From: Psammoneis japonica
Taxonomy: Eukaryota
Length of the DNA: 64,000 nt
Direction of reading: 5' to 3'
NCBI GenBank assembly: GCA_008632985.1
Contig: QPGO01000099.1
Location: forward strand, 1 to 64,000
Part shown: positions 39,597 to 51,140 of the stretch, piece after piece
How the letters are laid out: each line of letters begins with the position of its first letter
Numbering within the stretch: position 1 is the first letter of the stretch
Notes under the pieces: generated by a model
What the model saw: only the letters and a program-made list of their open reading frames with translations
What the model was told of the DNA's origin: nothing
Database searches by the model: none
Made by a program: the position numbers and the translations under genes

Positions 39597-39986
39597 GACG
39601 GGTTCCAGTCCTAGGTGGGACTCCGTGTGACATTGGGCCCGTAGAATTCTACGTGCGAGCTCCGTAGTACGAGAATTTAATTAACGGATATATTTATCTT
39701 CAACATCAAATAAACGGCCAAGTTTGTGGTACAATTATGCCTCTTGCCACTCGACATTTTTGCAAATACGCCCGCCCTACGCGATTCTTAAGACATCATA
39801 GAATCGCGCTGTAACAAAAAATGTCAAAAGTTGTTGGACGGATCGCTCAATGAGTGTACCACAAAATGATACAAAATTTCACAAAAGTCTCGTACAATTC
39901 AGCGTGCGCGACATACGGTGCGATCCAAAAAACTATCGATGTCACAGTTCAGTAGTACGAGGTCCCACCTAGAGCTGGAACGCGTC
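39597..39986 (+). mobile_element. Intact ~390 bp MITE-like element with imperfect ~30 bp TIRs and candidate 4-bp TSD (aaca)
   Basis: Left end gacgggttccagtcctaggtgggactccgt; reverse complement of right end gacgcgttccagctctaggtgggacctcgt. aaca at 39593-39596 and 39987-39990. Non-coding, with at least five other copies in the window. Confidence 0.85.
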
Positions 39987-41104
39987 AACAATGACATTGC
40001 AACACTGACGCAAGTCTTGTCAGTGTTGCAAAACATTCAATTTTGGACAAATCTGTGCTTTTGGTGGTGAAAGCTCACTTTTGTGCACGACTTGGGTCAC
40101 GTGCTGCTGGAACATGTCTTTTCATGGTTGCTGTTTGCAGGTGCTGGAAATGTCCATTGATGACGTGCGGTCATGGGTTCAATCAATGTGGTCATTTTGA
40201 GCAACACAGACAGGCAGCCTTTAAAAGGAAAGTTTTTTAGAATGATTTTTCTCCTTTGTTGATGAATGTCTTTCATGCAATGTCCACCAGCCTTGTGACA
40301 TGGATGCCTTTTTTGTGTGTCAAAGGATTTCAGGCATGATGCACTGCTTGCAGTCTTTGCGTCTTTTGCAGCTGTCACTGCCGCAGACCCTCCCCGTGCC
40401 CAATGTGGGTTGACAGAGACACTGCCGGGCAGAGAAACTCCAGTGCAATCATGTTGACCGCTTTGTGAATTGTGTCAGACCAGAGACACATTGGCTTTCG
40501 ATTGCATGACACTGACAATTCTGACATCAGGCAGCACAGCAAGTTTAAAGTTGCAAATTTGGAGGGAGATGAGGAGTCAGACCCAGATGACAAATTGGCG
40601 CCAAAATGCTGGTGGCACTGCAGCACCAGTGCAATGCTGGGATGGCGGGGAACAAGTGTCATTTGTTCATTGCATTTAAAATCACTTTTGTGGGTAAAAT
40701 GGTCTCCAAATGCCTTCATGGGTTGGACAAACATGCACGTCATTCTTGAATGAGTTGGAAATGAATTTAGAAATCACAGTCATGCAGAGAAAAACAACAA
40801 AGAGTGGCAAAATTGGTGAAAAGATCACATGTTCACAGTTGTGGTTGTTTGCAAATTACACTGCAGTCAAAGAAAGGGAGTCGCCGGTTAGAGCATCAGG
40901 TGTTTGGTGTTGAAAGAGAGGTTTGAAATTTTGCCCCACAATTCACAACAGAAACAGAGGCAGTGGCAAGGGAGAAGAAAAAACAGAGTGGGGAGGTGGC
41001 TGGAGATCAACCAACCAGCCCAAGGCTGGCTGTGGCATTGATGTGGGCAGGAGCCAGCAGAGATTGCCAGCCCACAAAGAGAGAGGCAGAAGAGGTGGCA
41101 TGTG

Positions 41105-43790
41105 GAGAGAGGAGCTGTCCCCAACAGCAAAGTTCCTTGTCAAAGTGGACATGGCAAGCAGTGGGAAAGTGCCACAGCTCATGTGGAAAAAGACAGCCGG
41201 TGGCAATTTCAGCAAGTGAGGCTGGGCAGGATTGTGGCAAGACTGGGCAAAGAAGTGTGCCATGAACGCAAATGATGCAAAAAGGAACACCGCCACACAA
41301 ACAACACAGAAGAGTGCAATGGCTGGCAAGTGTTTTGTGATGAATGGCATGTTGAGTGTGGCGACACTTGCCATGACCCTTCTTTGGTGCAGTTGTTTTG
41401 ACAGAGCAGCAAGCCAAGGAATTGTGCTGTCAGAAAAGAGAGCTGTTGCAAAAAATCAAAGAGGGGAAGGAAAAAGAAGAAGGCTTGATCAGCTGATGAA
41501 GAAATGTTCTTGGTGACTTGGGAGGATGAGGCAGTGGACACCATTGTGGGGGAGAAGCAAAGGAACAAGGAGGCATGTGCACAGTTCTGCAACAATGTCC
41601 TTAAAATCATGAAGAGTGCTGCGGCATGGAGAAAGAAAGCCGGGGTTGGGTGAGACCAAAGCTCCAGATCCAACTGCGGCAAGCTGCAAGGCTCTGGGGC
41701 TGTGGCACAAGGCCCTTCATGACAGTGCTGTTGGAGGGGGAGCAGACACTGGGGAGAAGGAGGAGGAGGAGGAGTTGAAACCAGCACCCAAGTGCATGGA
41801 CCCAACATGACAGCATGACTCATGGGATGATGCGGGAATGTTGTGATTCAACACCCTGCTTGTGCAAGTGAAGGAGGACAATGGTGCAGTGGCAGAAAGA
41901 AGAGGAGGGAAAGCAATGAAAAGGGCAAGGGAGCAAAGAAGAAGATGCCAGTGGAGAAAAAACAGGCAACAACAGGGCTTTTGAGTGACAATGAGGAGGA
42001 CAAGGAAACAGAAAAGGACAAGCGCAACAGGACAGTGAACAAGAGGAAAAAAGGAAGTGAAGATGGAAGCAACGACAAAGAAGAGGCAGAAAAGGAGCAT
42101 GCTCTGGTGCAAAAAGGGAGTGGAGCCTTTTGTCAATGTGAGAATGAAAAACAGCAAAGCAGTGCATTGGTGTTCATTGAAAACAATTTTAAACCAGGCA
42201 TGCAAAAATTCAGCATTCATTGAAAGACGTTTCATGCTGTTGTTTGACAAACAACTGGTGATGTGCATTCCACAAAACCAATCAAATGTGTTTGTTGGTG
42301 CAAATTGGTCTCATCATAAGGCTTTTCAATGTTGCAATGAAGAGGTAAAAAAGGCAGGCACTCTGAAGGGGAAACAGGTGGAATTTTCAAAGTCAAAGGT
42401 TTTGTCTCATGGGACACGGTGGGTGGCCACGGAGAGAGCTGTTCCCAAAGGCAAAGTTCCTTGTCAAAGTGGACATGGCAAGCAGTGGCAAAGTGTCTCT
42501 TGGCTCATTCAGAAAAAGACAGCTGGTGGCAATTTCAGCAAGCAAGACTTGGCAGGATCATGGGAAGACTGGGCAAAGAAGAAGTGCATCATGAGTGCAG
42601 TCAACAGAAGAACACAATGGCTGGCACAAGTGTTTTGTGATGCATGGCATGTCAATTGTGGCAATGCTCAACACTGCCCTTCTTTGGTGAAGTCGTGATG
42701 ACAGAGCAGCAAGCTGAGGAATTGCACGGGGTCAGAAGAAACCCGCCACCAAAAAATGAGGGGACAAGAGAAAGAAGAAGGATCAAGTGGCAGATGAAGA
42801 GCCACTCCTGGCAACTTGGGAGGAGCAGACAGTGAGCACAATTGTGAAGTGGAAGAGTGGCAACAAGGAAGCATGTGCGTGGTTCTACGACAACATCCTA
42901 AAATTCACAAAGAGTGCTGTGGCATGGAGAAAGGGCAAAAGGAGTCAGGAGAGACCAAGGCTCCAGACCTGAGTGCAGCAAGCACCGAGGTTCTGGGGCT
43001 GTTGAAATTGGAAAACTGCTGGAATGATTGGGGGCACAAGGCCAAACATGAGAAGACTGTTGGAGGGGGGGGGGGGGGGGACTCAGGGGACAAGGAGGAG
43101 GAGGAGTCAAAACCAGCACCCAAGCACATGATCCCAACACAACAGCACAACTCACGGAATGACAAAGGAGTGTTGCAATCAATGCCTTGCTTGCAAAAGT
43201 GAAGGAAGCCAGGGCAAGTTAGGAAGGTGTGCAGTTCGACACATGGCACAGCAACAGCAAGAAGAGGGAGAGCAACAAAAGGGGCAGGGGAGCAAAAAGG
43301 AAGAAATTGCCGGTGGAGAAGAAGGCAAGAAAACAGGCAACAATGATGGACCTTTCCAGTGACAGCAAGGTGGACGAGGAAGGGGTGGTGGACAAGAACA
43401 GGAACAACAAGGACAGAGAAGATGAGGAAGAAGGAAGCAAAGGTGGAGGCAACAATGAAGAAGAGGCAGAAAATGGGCAAACTCTGGTGCAAAGAGGGAG
43501 CAGAGCAAGTTGTCAATGCAAGAGTGGAGCACGGCAAAGCAATGCACCAATGTTCATTGAAAACAATTGTGAACTGGGAATGCAGCAATTTGGTGGTCAT
43601 TGAGAGATGTTCATCATCCCATTGATTGACAATGAACCTGTTTGTTGTCACAGATTTTAAACCCCATGAACCTGTTTGTTGGCACAAATTGGTTTTGTCG
43701 AAAAGTTTTTTAATGTCGCAGTAAAAAGGCAACAAAGGCAGGCACTCTGAAGGGGGAACAGAGGTTGCATCCATGAGATCCAAAAAGGAG
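41105..43790 (+). repeat. Tandem ~1.3-1.4 kb duplication of a decayed, probably transposon-associated coding relic
   Basis: gcaaagttccttgtcaaagtggacatggcaagcagtgg at ~41128 and ~42451; aaggcaggcactctgaagggg at ~42351 and ~43735. Residual peptide WFYDNILK..AWRK..STEVLGLLKLENCWNDW. Confidence 0.75.
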
Positions 43791-44438
43791 ATGTACCAGT
43801 GAATGGACCCGGAATTGACTTTGTCAAAAGACCACTGAAAATGTCTCACCTCACACTGTCTGATCCGCCTGTCTCTGAACAAAAAGCAAACCCCACGTGG
43901 CACTGTCGCATCATTTTCACGAAGAATAATTTGATGTGAATCTTAAGAACCGTAATTCTGCTGTACATAGACGCTTCGTTGATTCCTTATCGTCTGTCTT
44001 GGCTGTGCTATGGCAATGGTGTGTTTCTATTGTCCGCGCGTTCATCGTGTTATATAATTGTGCAGGACATGAAACAGAATGAATTCTAATCCTTTCTACT
44101 CTATCCTTAGCCGCCAAAAACTGAACTTCTATTTTATTGGTGTTGAAATGAGTGGAGTGGCAACGCAGTTTTACCAATCTGTCGAGCCAGCCAAATGGCT
44201 GATCAGCAGTGATTATCCAACCCTGCTAGATAGGAGCAGCTAGGAATATTTTCCATGGCGGACCAAACGTGGCAATGGTAAACGGTGTTCTTCTCATGCT
44301 CGGTGGCCTATGGTGCGTGGGTCTTTCATCGTATCGAATCTATCGGATCTTTGCCGTTGTACCGCACACGATTCACCTTGACAATCACACTATGGACAGT
44401 ATATGCATTCATCATTGGAGCTTTTCATTTTCAGCAAA

Positions 44439-47234
44439 CTATTCTGTACCAGGATCCGATGAATTTAAATTTGCCCTTCGTTGGCTCAGGTCGGACGACG
44501 TGAGCTCATGTGACGAGTCGCCTGTATCTTGAGGAGCGTCGCATTCATGCTCCATTCGACTTGCCGAGCTGCGACGATGACTGAATACTTTAACACCGGG
44601 AGCACTGTCATCATCACTGGTGGTGGGACCACTGTCACTGTCGTGACTTGGGGATGGACGACGTATTGGACCATTTTGCGTGTTTCGGAGCAAGCTACCC
44701 GGTCGCATCACTTCCAACCTTTTCTTTTTGTAGGTTGCTTTTGGAACAAAAATCATCAAGAGCAAGGCAACCGAAACAACAAAAATAATGGCAGCCATAA
44801 CAAAAAAGGACGCCGTTGGATTTTCACCGTCCGCAATGATGAGAACAGGAACTCCAATAAAGCAAAAGACAAGAATCGACCCCATGGCTTTAGCAATATA
44901 TTCGCTTTCGGCAAATTCCGTGGAAATGTCGCGAGCGACATAGGCTTCGTAGCATGCAAAGCCAAGTGTCAAGACAAAAACGACTCCGAGCGCAATCATG
45001 TACCCAATCGAGTCGTCATAGGAACAATATCCGTACGATTCTGTCGGTCTTCCGTGTTCGTCCTCGGCGCGGTAATCCCTCTCCCATTGGGGTGGGTCCA
45101 GCGCAGTCCAGAGAGTCAGTATAAATACATTCACTAGCAAGAGATTCCAAGAAAATCAAAAAGGCACAAGAAAGGGACGGGCAAAGCATGTAAGCATACA
45201 CGACATCATTCCTTGGCAACAATACTTCTCGTTGCAGCACTACGCACCTGCCATTAATGTCAACATGGGCTTCATCACGTCACGCGGAGTCACGACTATC
45301 CGTCGAAAATCAGCTCCATGAATAATTTTATTAATGCGATGCGTTTTGGTAAAGAGCGCCGAAAACGCCACGACCCACCCACACGAGACAATCCAAGGAA
45401 AGGCAATACAAGCCACAGTACAACCATCCGTGCTGGCTACTTCATCGTCAATGCCCAGTGGAAAAATCGACGATCCCATGAGAAAGCATCCGGCACAAAT
45501 CATGTAAAGAAAAATGGGTTGCGAGGCTCGAACGACTCGGGTCTTGCGCAACTGTCGTGTCCACAGAGCCCAACCGGTCGCCACGAGCAAAATGACCACC
45601 GCCATGGAAAAGCCAGCCGCCCGCCAACCGGCACCGATATAATTCATGTCGACCGTCAAATCGGCCAAGTCGGGATGCGGTACGGTGCTTCCATCATTGT
45701 AAATGGGTGCACGGATATTGACCCATTCGCCATTGTCATAGACATGAGTTTCCACCACGGCAAATTTGACGGTATCATCCTTTGTGATTATTTCGTCTTG
45801 GACAAAATTCAACAGCGTAAAACGCGCCGACGTGGCGACGCGAGTACCGGTCTCCGGATCCAGCTCAACACGACCCGTGGCTCCATGAAACGAAGTATTT
45901 ACAAAGGCTTCAAAGTGTGCCTTGCCATCAAAATACGTGTCGGGTTGTGCCGCGCTGCATGCGGCCAATCCGAGTGCGACGGTCGAATCATACAAGAATG
46001 CTGCGGTTTCTTCAACTCCTTCAAAATAGTCATCATTAATGGGTAGTGGTTCGTACTCTGGCTCATTTGGATATTGTGGTTGTTTGCTTTTTAAATATGC
46101 AGTGTCCTCTTTATTGTTGAGTTCATTCATGGTTTCGAGAAACAAGTCATAATCCTTCATTCCCACAACACCTCCCACCGCCCCGACCCAAAAGGCTCCA
46201 CGCGTGGCCAAGTGCAACGGAGAATCTTTTGGAAATCGGGATGTTTCAATGCGACCGGTGCTAACGCCATCGGAAAAAAACCACGAATGCCGTCCCGTCC
46301 CGGCAATGCCTTGTTGTAGGCTTCCGTCATGAAGGGTTCATAATGAGCCGTGCTGAAAATAATTCCAAACAAATATCGGTATTTTGTTTCTTTCAAGATG
46401 CGAATGGTTTTTTCCATGATTGCCGGCGTGGCTTCAAATGGCATGTCGACGGAAACTATATAGAAACAAAACGCGCATAAGTCAGCACTCACACACAAAT
46501 TGTGTTTATGCGTACGATACGCACACTGCGTTTTTATCATTTTTTTTTCTTACCAACTTTCATATCGGGCGCATACTCGGCTGCCGCCAATTGCAATCCG
46601 AGCGCATAGGCATTACCGTAGGCATCATTTATATGAACAACTGCCAAATGTTTGACTTGCAATTGATTTCTCAGATACAATATAATGGGAACAGCGGTTC
46701 CCTCGTCGGACGGATGAGTCTTCCAAACAAGGGGTGCTGTGACGTGTCGTCCAACTGTTTGCTGGTACTCTTGTAACTGATTTGAGGAAAATTGCGGAGA
46801 CCTGTAATGATGGACGTCGGAATCGACACGGCCGATCGAGCCGCTCCCAAAAAGGCACACGGCAATAATTGCGGTGGTTGGCGAGACACCAACGTGATTA
46901 CGTGGTCGACGGCCGTCACTTGGGACAGTTCGGTATCGAAAAATTCCGCTGTAAATTTGATATTGCATCTGTTGTGTAATCCTTCAATTTCCTTGACTAG
47001 GCTTCCATTTCCAGTATTCAAATGCTGTGCTGCCAACAAGACGGCGGCTTGTCCTTGAGCGTTCCCGTTCTGCAGCGGGACACGGTCGGGACGGAATTGA
47101 GAATAAGGCATGAGCGCAACAAGGTGACAATAGGCATCGTCTCCAAACACATTGACACTGTTGATTCGAATTGTTGTATTGGAGGAGTTATTTCGAATCA
47201 AATCATGGTCTTGAAGCGACCACAACAGCGACAT
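44439..47234 (-). CDS. Class C (GABA-B-like) GPCR: ANF/Venus-flytrap ligand-binding domain + 7TM
   Basis: LGAARSAVS..PQISYKSTSKQLDD..FGR; VVRASQPIFL, FSALFTKTHRIN, FAESEYI, LMIFVPK. GT-AG introns at 46553-46456 and 45247-45134. Two apparent 1-bp deletions (~46712, ~46315). Start codon uncertain. Confidence 0.88.
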
Positions 47235-47689
47235 GGTGGTAGGTGGTGTGTGCTATATGTGTGTGTCGTTTTTGTGTCGCTCCATCCGTCTCGGCGAGAA
47301 AAGCAGAAGAGGTGGCGCGCGATGAAGATGAGAGTGAGTGACCTTCGTACCGTATGCATACTCAGCATGTACAAATACCGTACCGTATGAAAAGCCTCAT
47401 TCATTATGTAGTGTTATTAAATTTAAAGAGGAATACTTTATGTATGGATATGCTATTGAATTTTCGAAATTTTGCTCTGACGTCATGCGGAAACAGCAAC
47501 GCATTTTTTTTTCATCCATTCAGTCGCATCACCAGCATGTTGATTGAACGTGACAATGTGCATGCTGTTGTTGTCAGAATGATCGCTCTCTATTGTACGA
47601 TAGAGATGTTATACAATACTCTTAATACCGATTATGGAATTTTGATTGCCATTGGAATCAATTTGCGTTGTTGGGGACATTTTGTTCCG

Positions 47690-49060
47690 CAAAACTACCA
47701 GCACGTTGGCGAGAAACATGAGCTGCGTCACGTAGGAAGAACTGCGATGATATGGTCGGTGGTGCCAGAGCATGAGCAAATAATCAATCAAGAAATTTCC
47801 GAGGCGGATAGTGACGTTACGAACAAGGCTTTTCATATATTAGACAATGAGGATAAGGACTCAGCAACCAGTGCGTTTGAACTGCTTGCGGGGAATGTGG
47901 GAAACTGCCTCGTGATGAGTGACTTGAAGCGGCAAGAAGGAAATGATGGAGCCTCGACTGGATGGACTTCTTGGGTGGATGAAGCGTCTTCGTTTCGATT
48001 GAAGTCTTGTATAGATTCTTTGTGCTTATGCACTTTGGTAAGAAAGAATACGGCTCTCGAAAGGCGTAGTAGTTTGCCTGATTATACAACATGTATCCAC
48101 TCACTACAAAAAGTTTTGGTTTATACAGAATAACCCGCAAGATCCTAACTTTGTGGACCTGTTGGAATCTAGAGATGAAACATTGCGTTGGGTTAAATGG
48201 ATGAAGGCTTGTCCATCTCCAATGATTCTGGAACTTGCTCCCGAACTACGAAAAGCGGCGAATGCTACTGTTGGAGATCCCATACTAAAGGTATGTGGCT
48301 ATTCTACAAGTTAACTCTGCCATCTCCCATCGAAATCTAGCTAACAAGATTCGAACCTGTACTGTACGGACTGAATAGACAATAGACTCGTCACGGGATG
48401 AGTTCTTGAACGGATTGGCTGCCGCGTCGTTTTGCTCCATCGGGGCAGAACTACGTCATGCTCTCCAAACAGCCCCGGGAGCCATGGCGTACGGAAACTA
48501 TTGTATGGTGGTGCGAAGCGATATCGATTGCTTGGGAAGCAACACCGACGTGTAGGAGAACGAGTATACAACAATCAAGTCAAATCATGGCTTCAGTACG
48601 GCGGACCCGATCGAAACTACGAGGCGAGTTTGTATCAGTCTTACTCGTGAAAACAAGAAATTGCAAAAATTAATGATTCATACGAATCTTGTTTCTCTGT
48701 CCATTTAGGCGGTGGATATGGGACCCTGTGCCTTGGTAGAAGTGGTTTTGCTGCCAAAAGGTTTATCACTTCCTCTGCTATCGCAACAAGGTGACGAAAT
48801 AATGGCACTTGGCCAAATCAGATGGTGTCCAACTCAAATGTTTGATATTGTTCAAGTGAATGATACGAAACCAGAAATCATACAAGCCAGTGACAACGAT
48901 GATTCTAATCCAAATAACGAGGACCTGTCTCGGAAGGACCATGTCGACCTTCTCGAGTCGTCGTTTACCTCCAACGTGGGCGGCCTCCAAACCCAAATCC
49001 AAGCCATTTTTCGCAGGTTTTTGGTCGGTAGAGTTATCCAGCCGGTATCGGACACTAATG
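47690..49060 (+). pseudogene. Fragmented N-terminal part of an NSF/Sec18-like AAA ATPase gene, truncated before the Walker A motif
   Basis: FTSNVGGLQTQIQAIFRRFLVGRVIQP resembles the (I/V)GGL..(F/V)RR entry into the NSF D1 domain. Upstream exon-like pieces, donor gtaag at ~48038. No P-loop downstream. Confidence 0.4.
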
Positions 49061-49322
49061 CTACCATTGGGGATCCCATACTAAAGGTATGTGGCTATGT
49101 GTGGCTATGTGATAGGACTAGTAGACTGAGCAGCCCCAATCGAAGTACTCACAACTGAGATTCAAACCTTCATTGTACGGACTGAATTTACCGTAGAGGA
49201 TAGACTCGTCACGGAATGAGTTTCTACGCCATGCACTCCAAACCGCCCCGGGAGTCATGGCGTATGGAAAACTGTTGTATGGCGGTGTGAAACGGTTTCG
49301 ATTGCTTGGGAAACAACACAGA
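48261..49322. repeat. Diverged direct repeat (~48261-48550 and ~49057-49322)
   Basis: Shared gatcccatactaaaggtatgtggctat...tagactcgtcacgg...cgattgcttggga. Confidence 0.8.
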
Positions 49323-51140
49323 TGTGCTGTATCTCTGATTACGGGTCACTCCTCGTAGAGATTGTGTACGGAAGCATTGATACGCAACAACGAGAAACGT
49401 AACGCAAGGACAAGGAGGAAAAGGATGAACAAGCGCCAGTGTTGGCTTTTATCGGGATGCGTCGTCGCCACTCATTAAAAATTATTTCGAGCTCTACAAG
49501 AATGCCGTCGTTTCTGGTTTCGCCAAGGCGGGTGTCGGAGTGGTGGCGGCCGGTGCTGTGGGAGGGTTGCTCTTGGGGCCTGTGGGTGTCTTGTTGAATG
49601 TTGCGGCGCTGGAGATTGGTATGGGCGCCATGCAGATTCCAGAAGAACAGCGAGTCAATGTAAAAGAAAAGCAAGCAATGCCGTCTTCACCGCAACGGAC
49701 AAACTCTCGACGAGCTGTGGGACGGCGTGTATACAGTCTGGTATCGTGGATTAACTACATCCCGAGATGACACAGTGTTATACTGGAACGGACGCATAAG
49801 AAAATACAGTCGGTACCGCAGTGCTAGTAGAGCCGGCGCCGTATATTTCGCAATACGCGGAAAAGGTGGTGCGAATGATAGCTTTAACAGCACCGTGCGA
49901 GGGTTGATTCCGGAAACAACGACACCCAAGTCAACGTCTCCATCTCGGAGAGCCGCGTGCTTGCGAGAAGGTAAGGATGGCGTCCAGTAGTGCTTTTGCT
50001 TTTTTTCCCGCTGTAACGCGCTTTTGAAGATGTCTCAAGCACTGTGTTTTCCAAAATCTCACTTGTAGTTACAATAGTTCCAGTTATTCAGATTCATGAT
50101 CTGAATCCATTACAGCAGCTGCATGCATGACTGAATATCATAGTCAGTGCCAATACCACCATCCATTAAAGGAACGAAGCCATGCAGGTGATAGCAATCT
50201 TGGCCTAAGACAAGGTATGTACTTTCTGCTGTGGTATTTAATATCGATTAAACCCAGATAGTGTCTCACGAGCGACACACTTGTATTGATTGTTTAGAAA
50301 CATGCGCGGGTATTTCTTGATTAAGTCAACAACAGCTACCGAGTAATGCTGATCGGATAGACCCGTCGTCTCGCTGCTCACCGTTTCTTCGTCATGTAAA
50401 TTTCATAAGGGAATCTTGGACTCGCTCATGTGGATAATCATGACATATCTGACAAAGCTAGAAACCCTCCGTAACAGTATCTCAAGATGAGACCTTGAAA
50501 TTTAAATTGGCCGCATGTTGCTGCATCACGTTGGACAAGGCTCACTGCGCTCTTGTTCACACCTGCTTCTCGTGAGCAAGTACGACGTGGTAAACTCCAG
50601 AAGATGCTGTATAACACACCTCACCATACGTTTTAAAAAGGTGCGCTTGTGCTAAAACCACTCACCATGGCCCATGCGCAAGAATTGGCTAAGCCTATCA
50701 CGCAGTTAGCCGGCGAAGACGGTGCGGCTGGCAACCCAAGAAGAATTGACTCTGTCGGTTAATATTGAGGTTTTTATCGCGGCAGTTTCTACACGTGAAT
50801 ACCATTATAGATACAATGGAGTAGCATTTGATCTTCTGTGGTTCAGGTGGACAACAAATGATCATCTACAGCGAACCAACAACGATGACAATGTAAATCT
50901 GAACGATTTTGACTACATAAATGCTTCTAAAGGGAACGTATCGTTTGTCATGATATTTATAATTCTAACGTTTCATTTAATTCTGGAAGGTGTCTTTCGC
51001 TCCCTCGTCCCTGCAATTTTTCAGTGTCAACGTGTTAAATCAGCTACTCGATGGCTTTTTGCTTCCTCAGATAGAAGTAGCACCACCACAACGAGTCGGG
51101 TACCAGAAGATACCCGCTGACCTCACGTTCTCCTAAATCT

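Noticed and set aside
1..43900. Dense overlapping Cys/His-rich ORFs on both strands
   Set aside because: Expected once TAA/TAG stops are removed by TpA loss. No protein motifs outside the TE relics listed.
49339..51120. Small ORFs (e.g. 49540-49770, 50722-51120)
   Set aside because: Could be exon fragments, but no motif allows an assignment.
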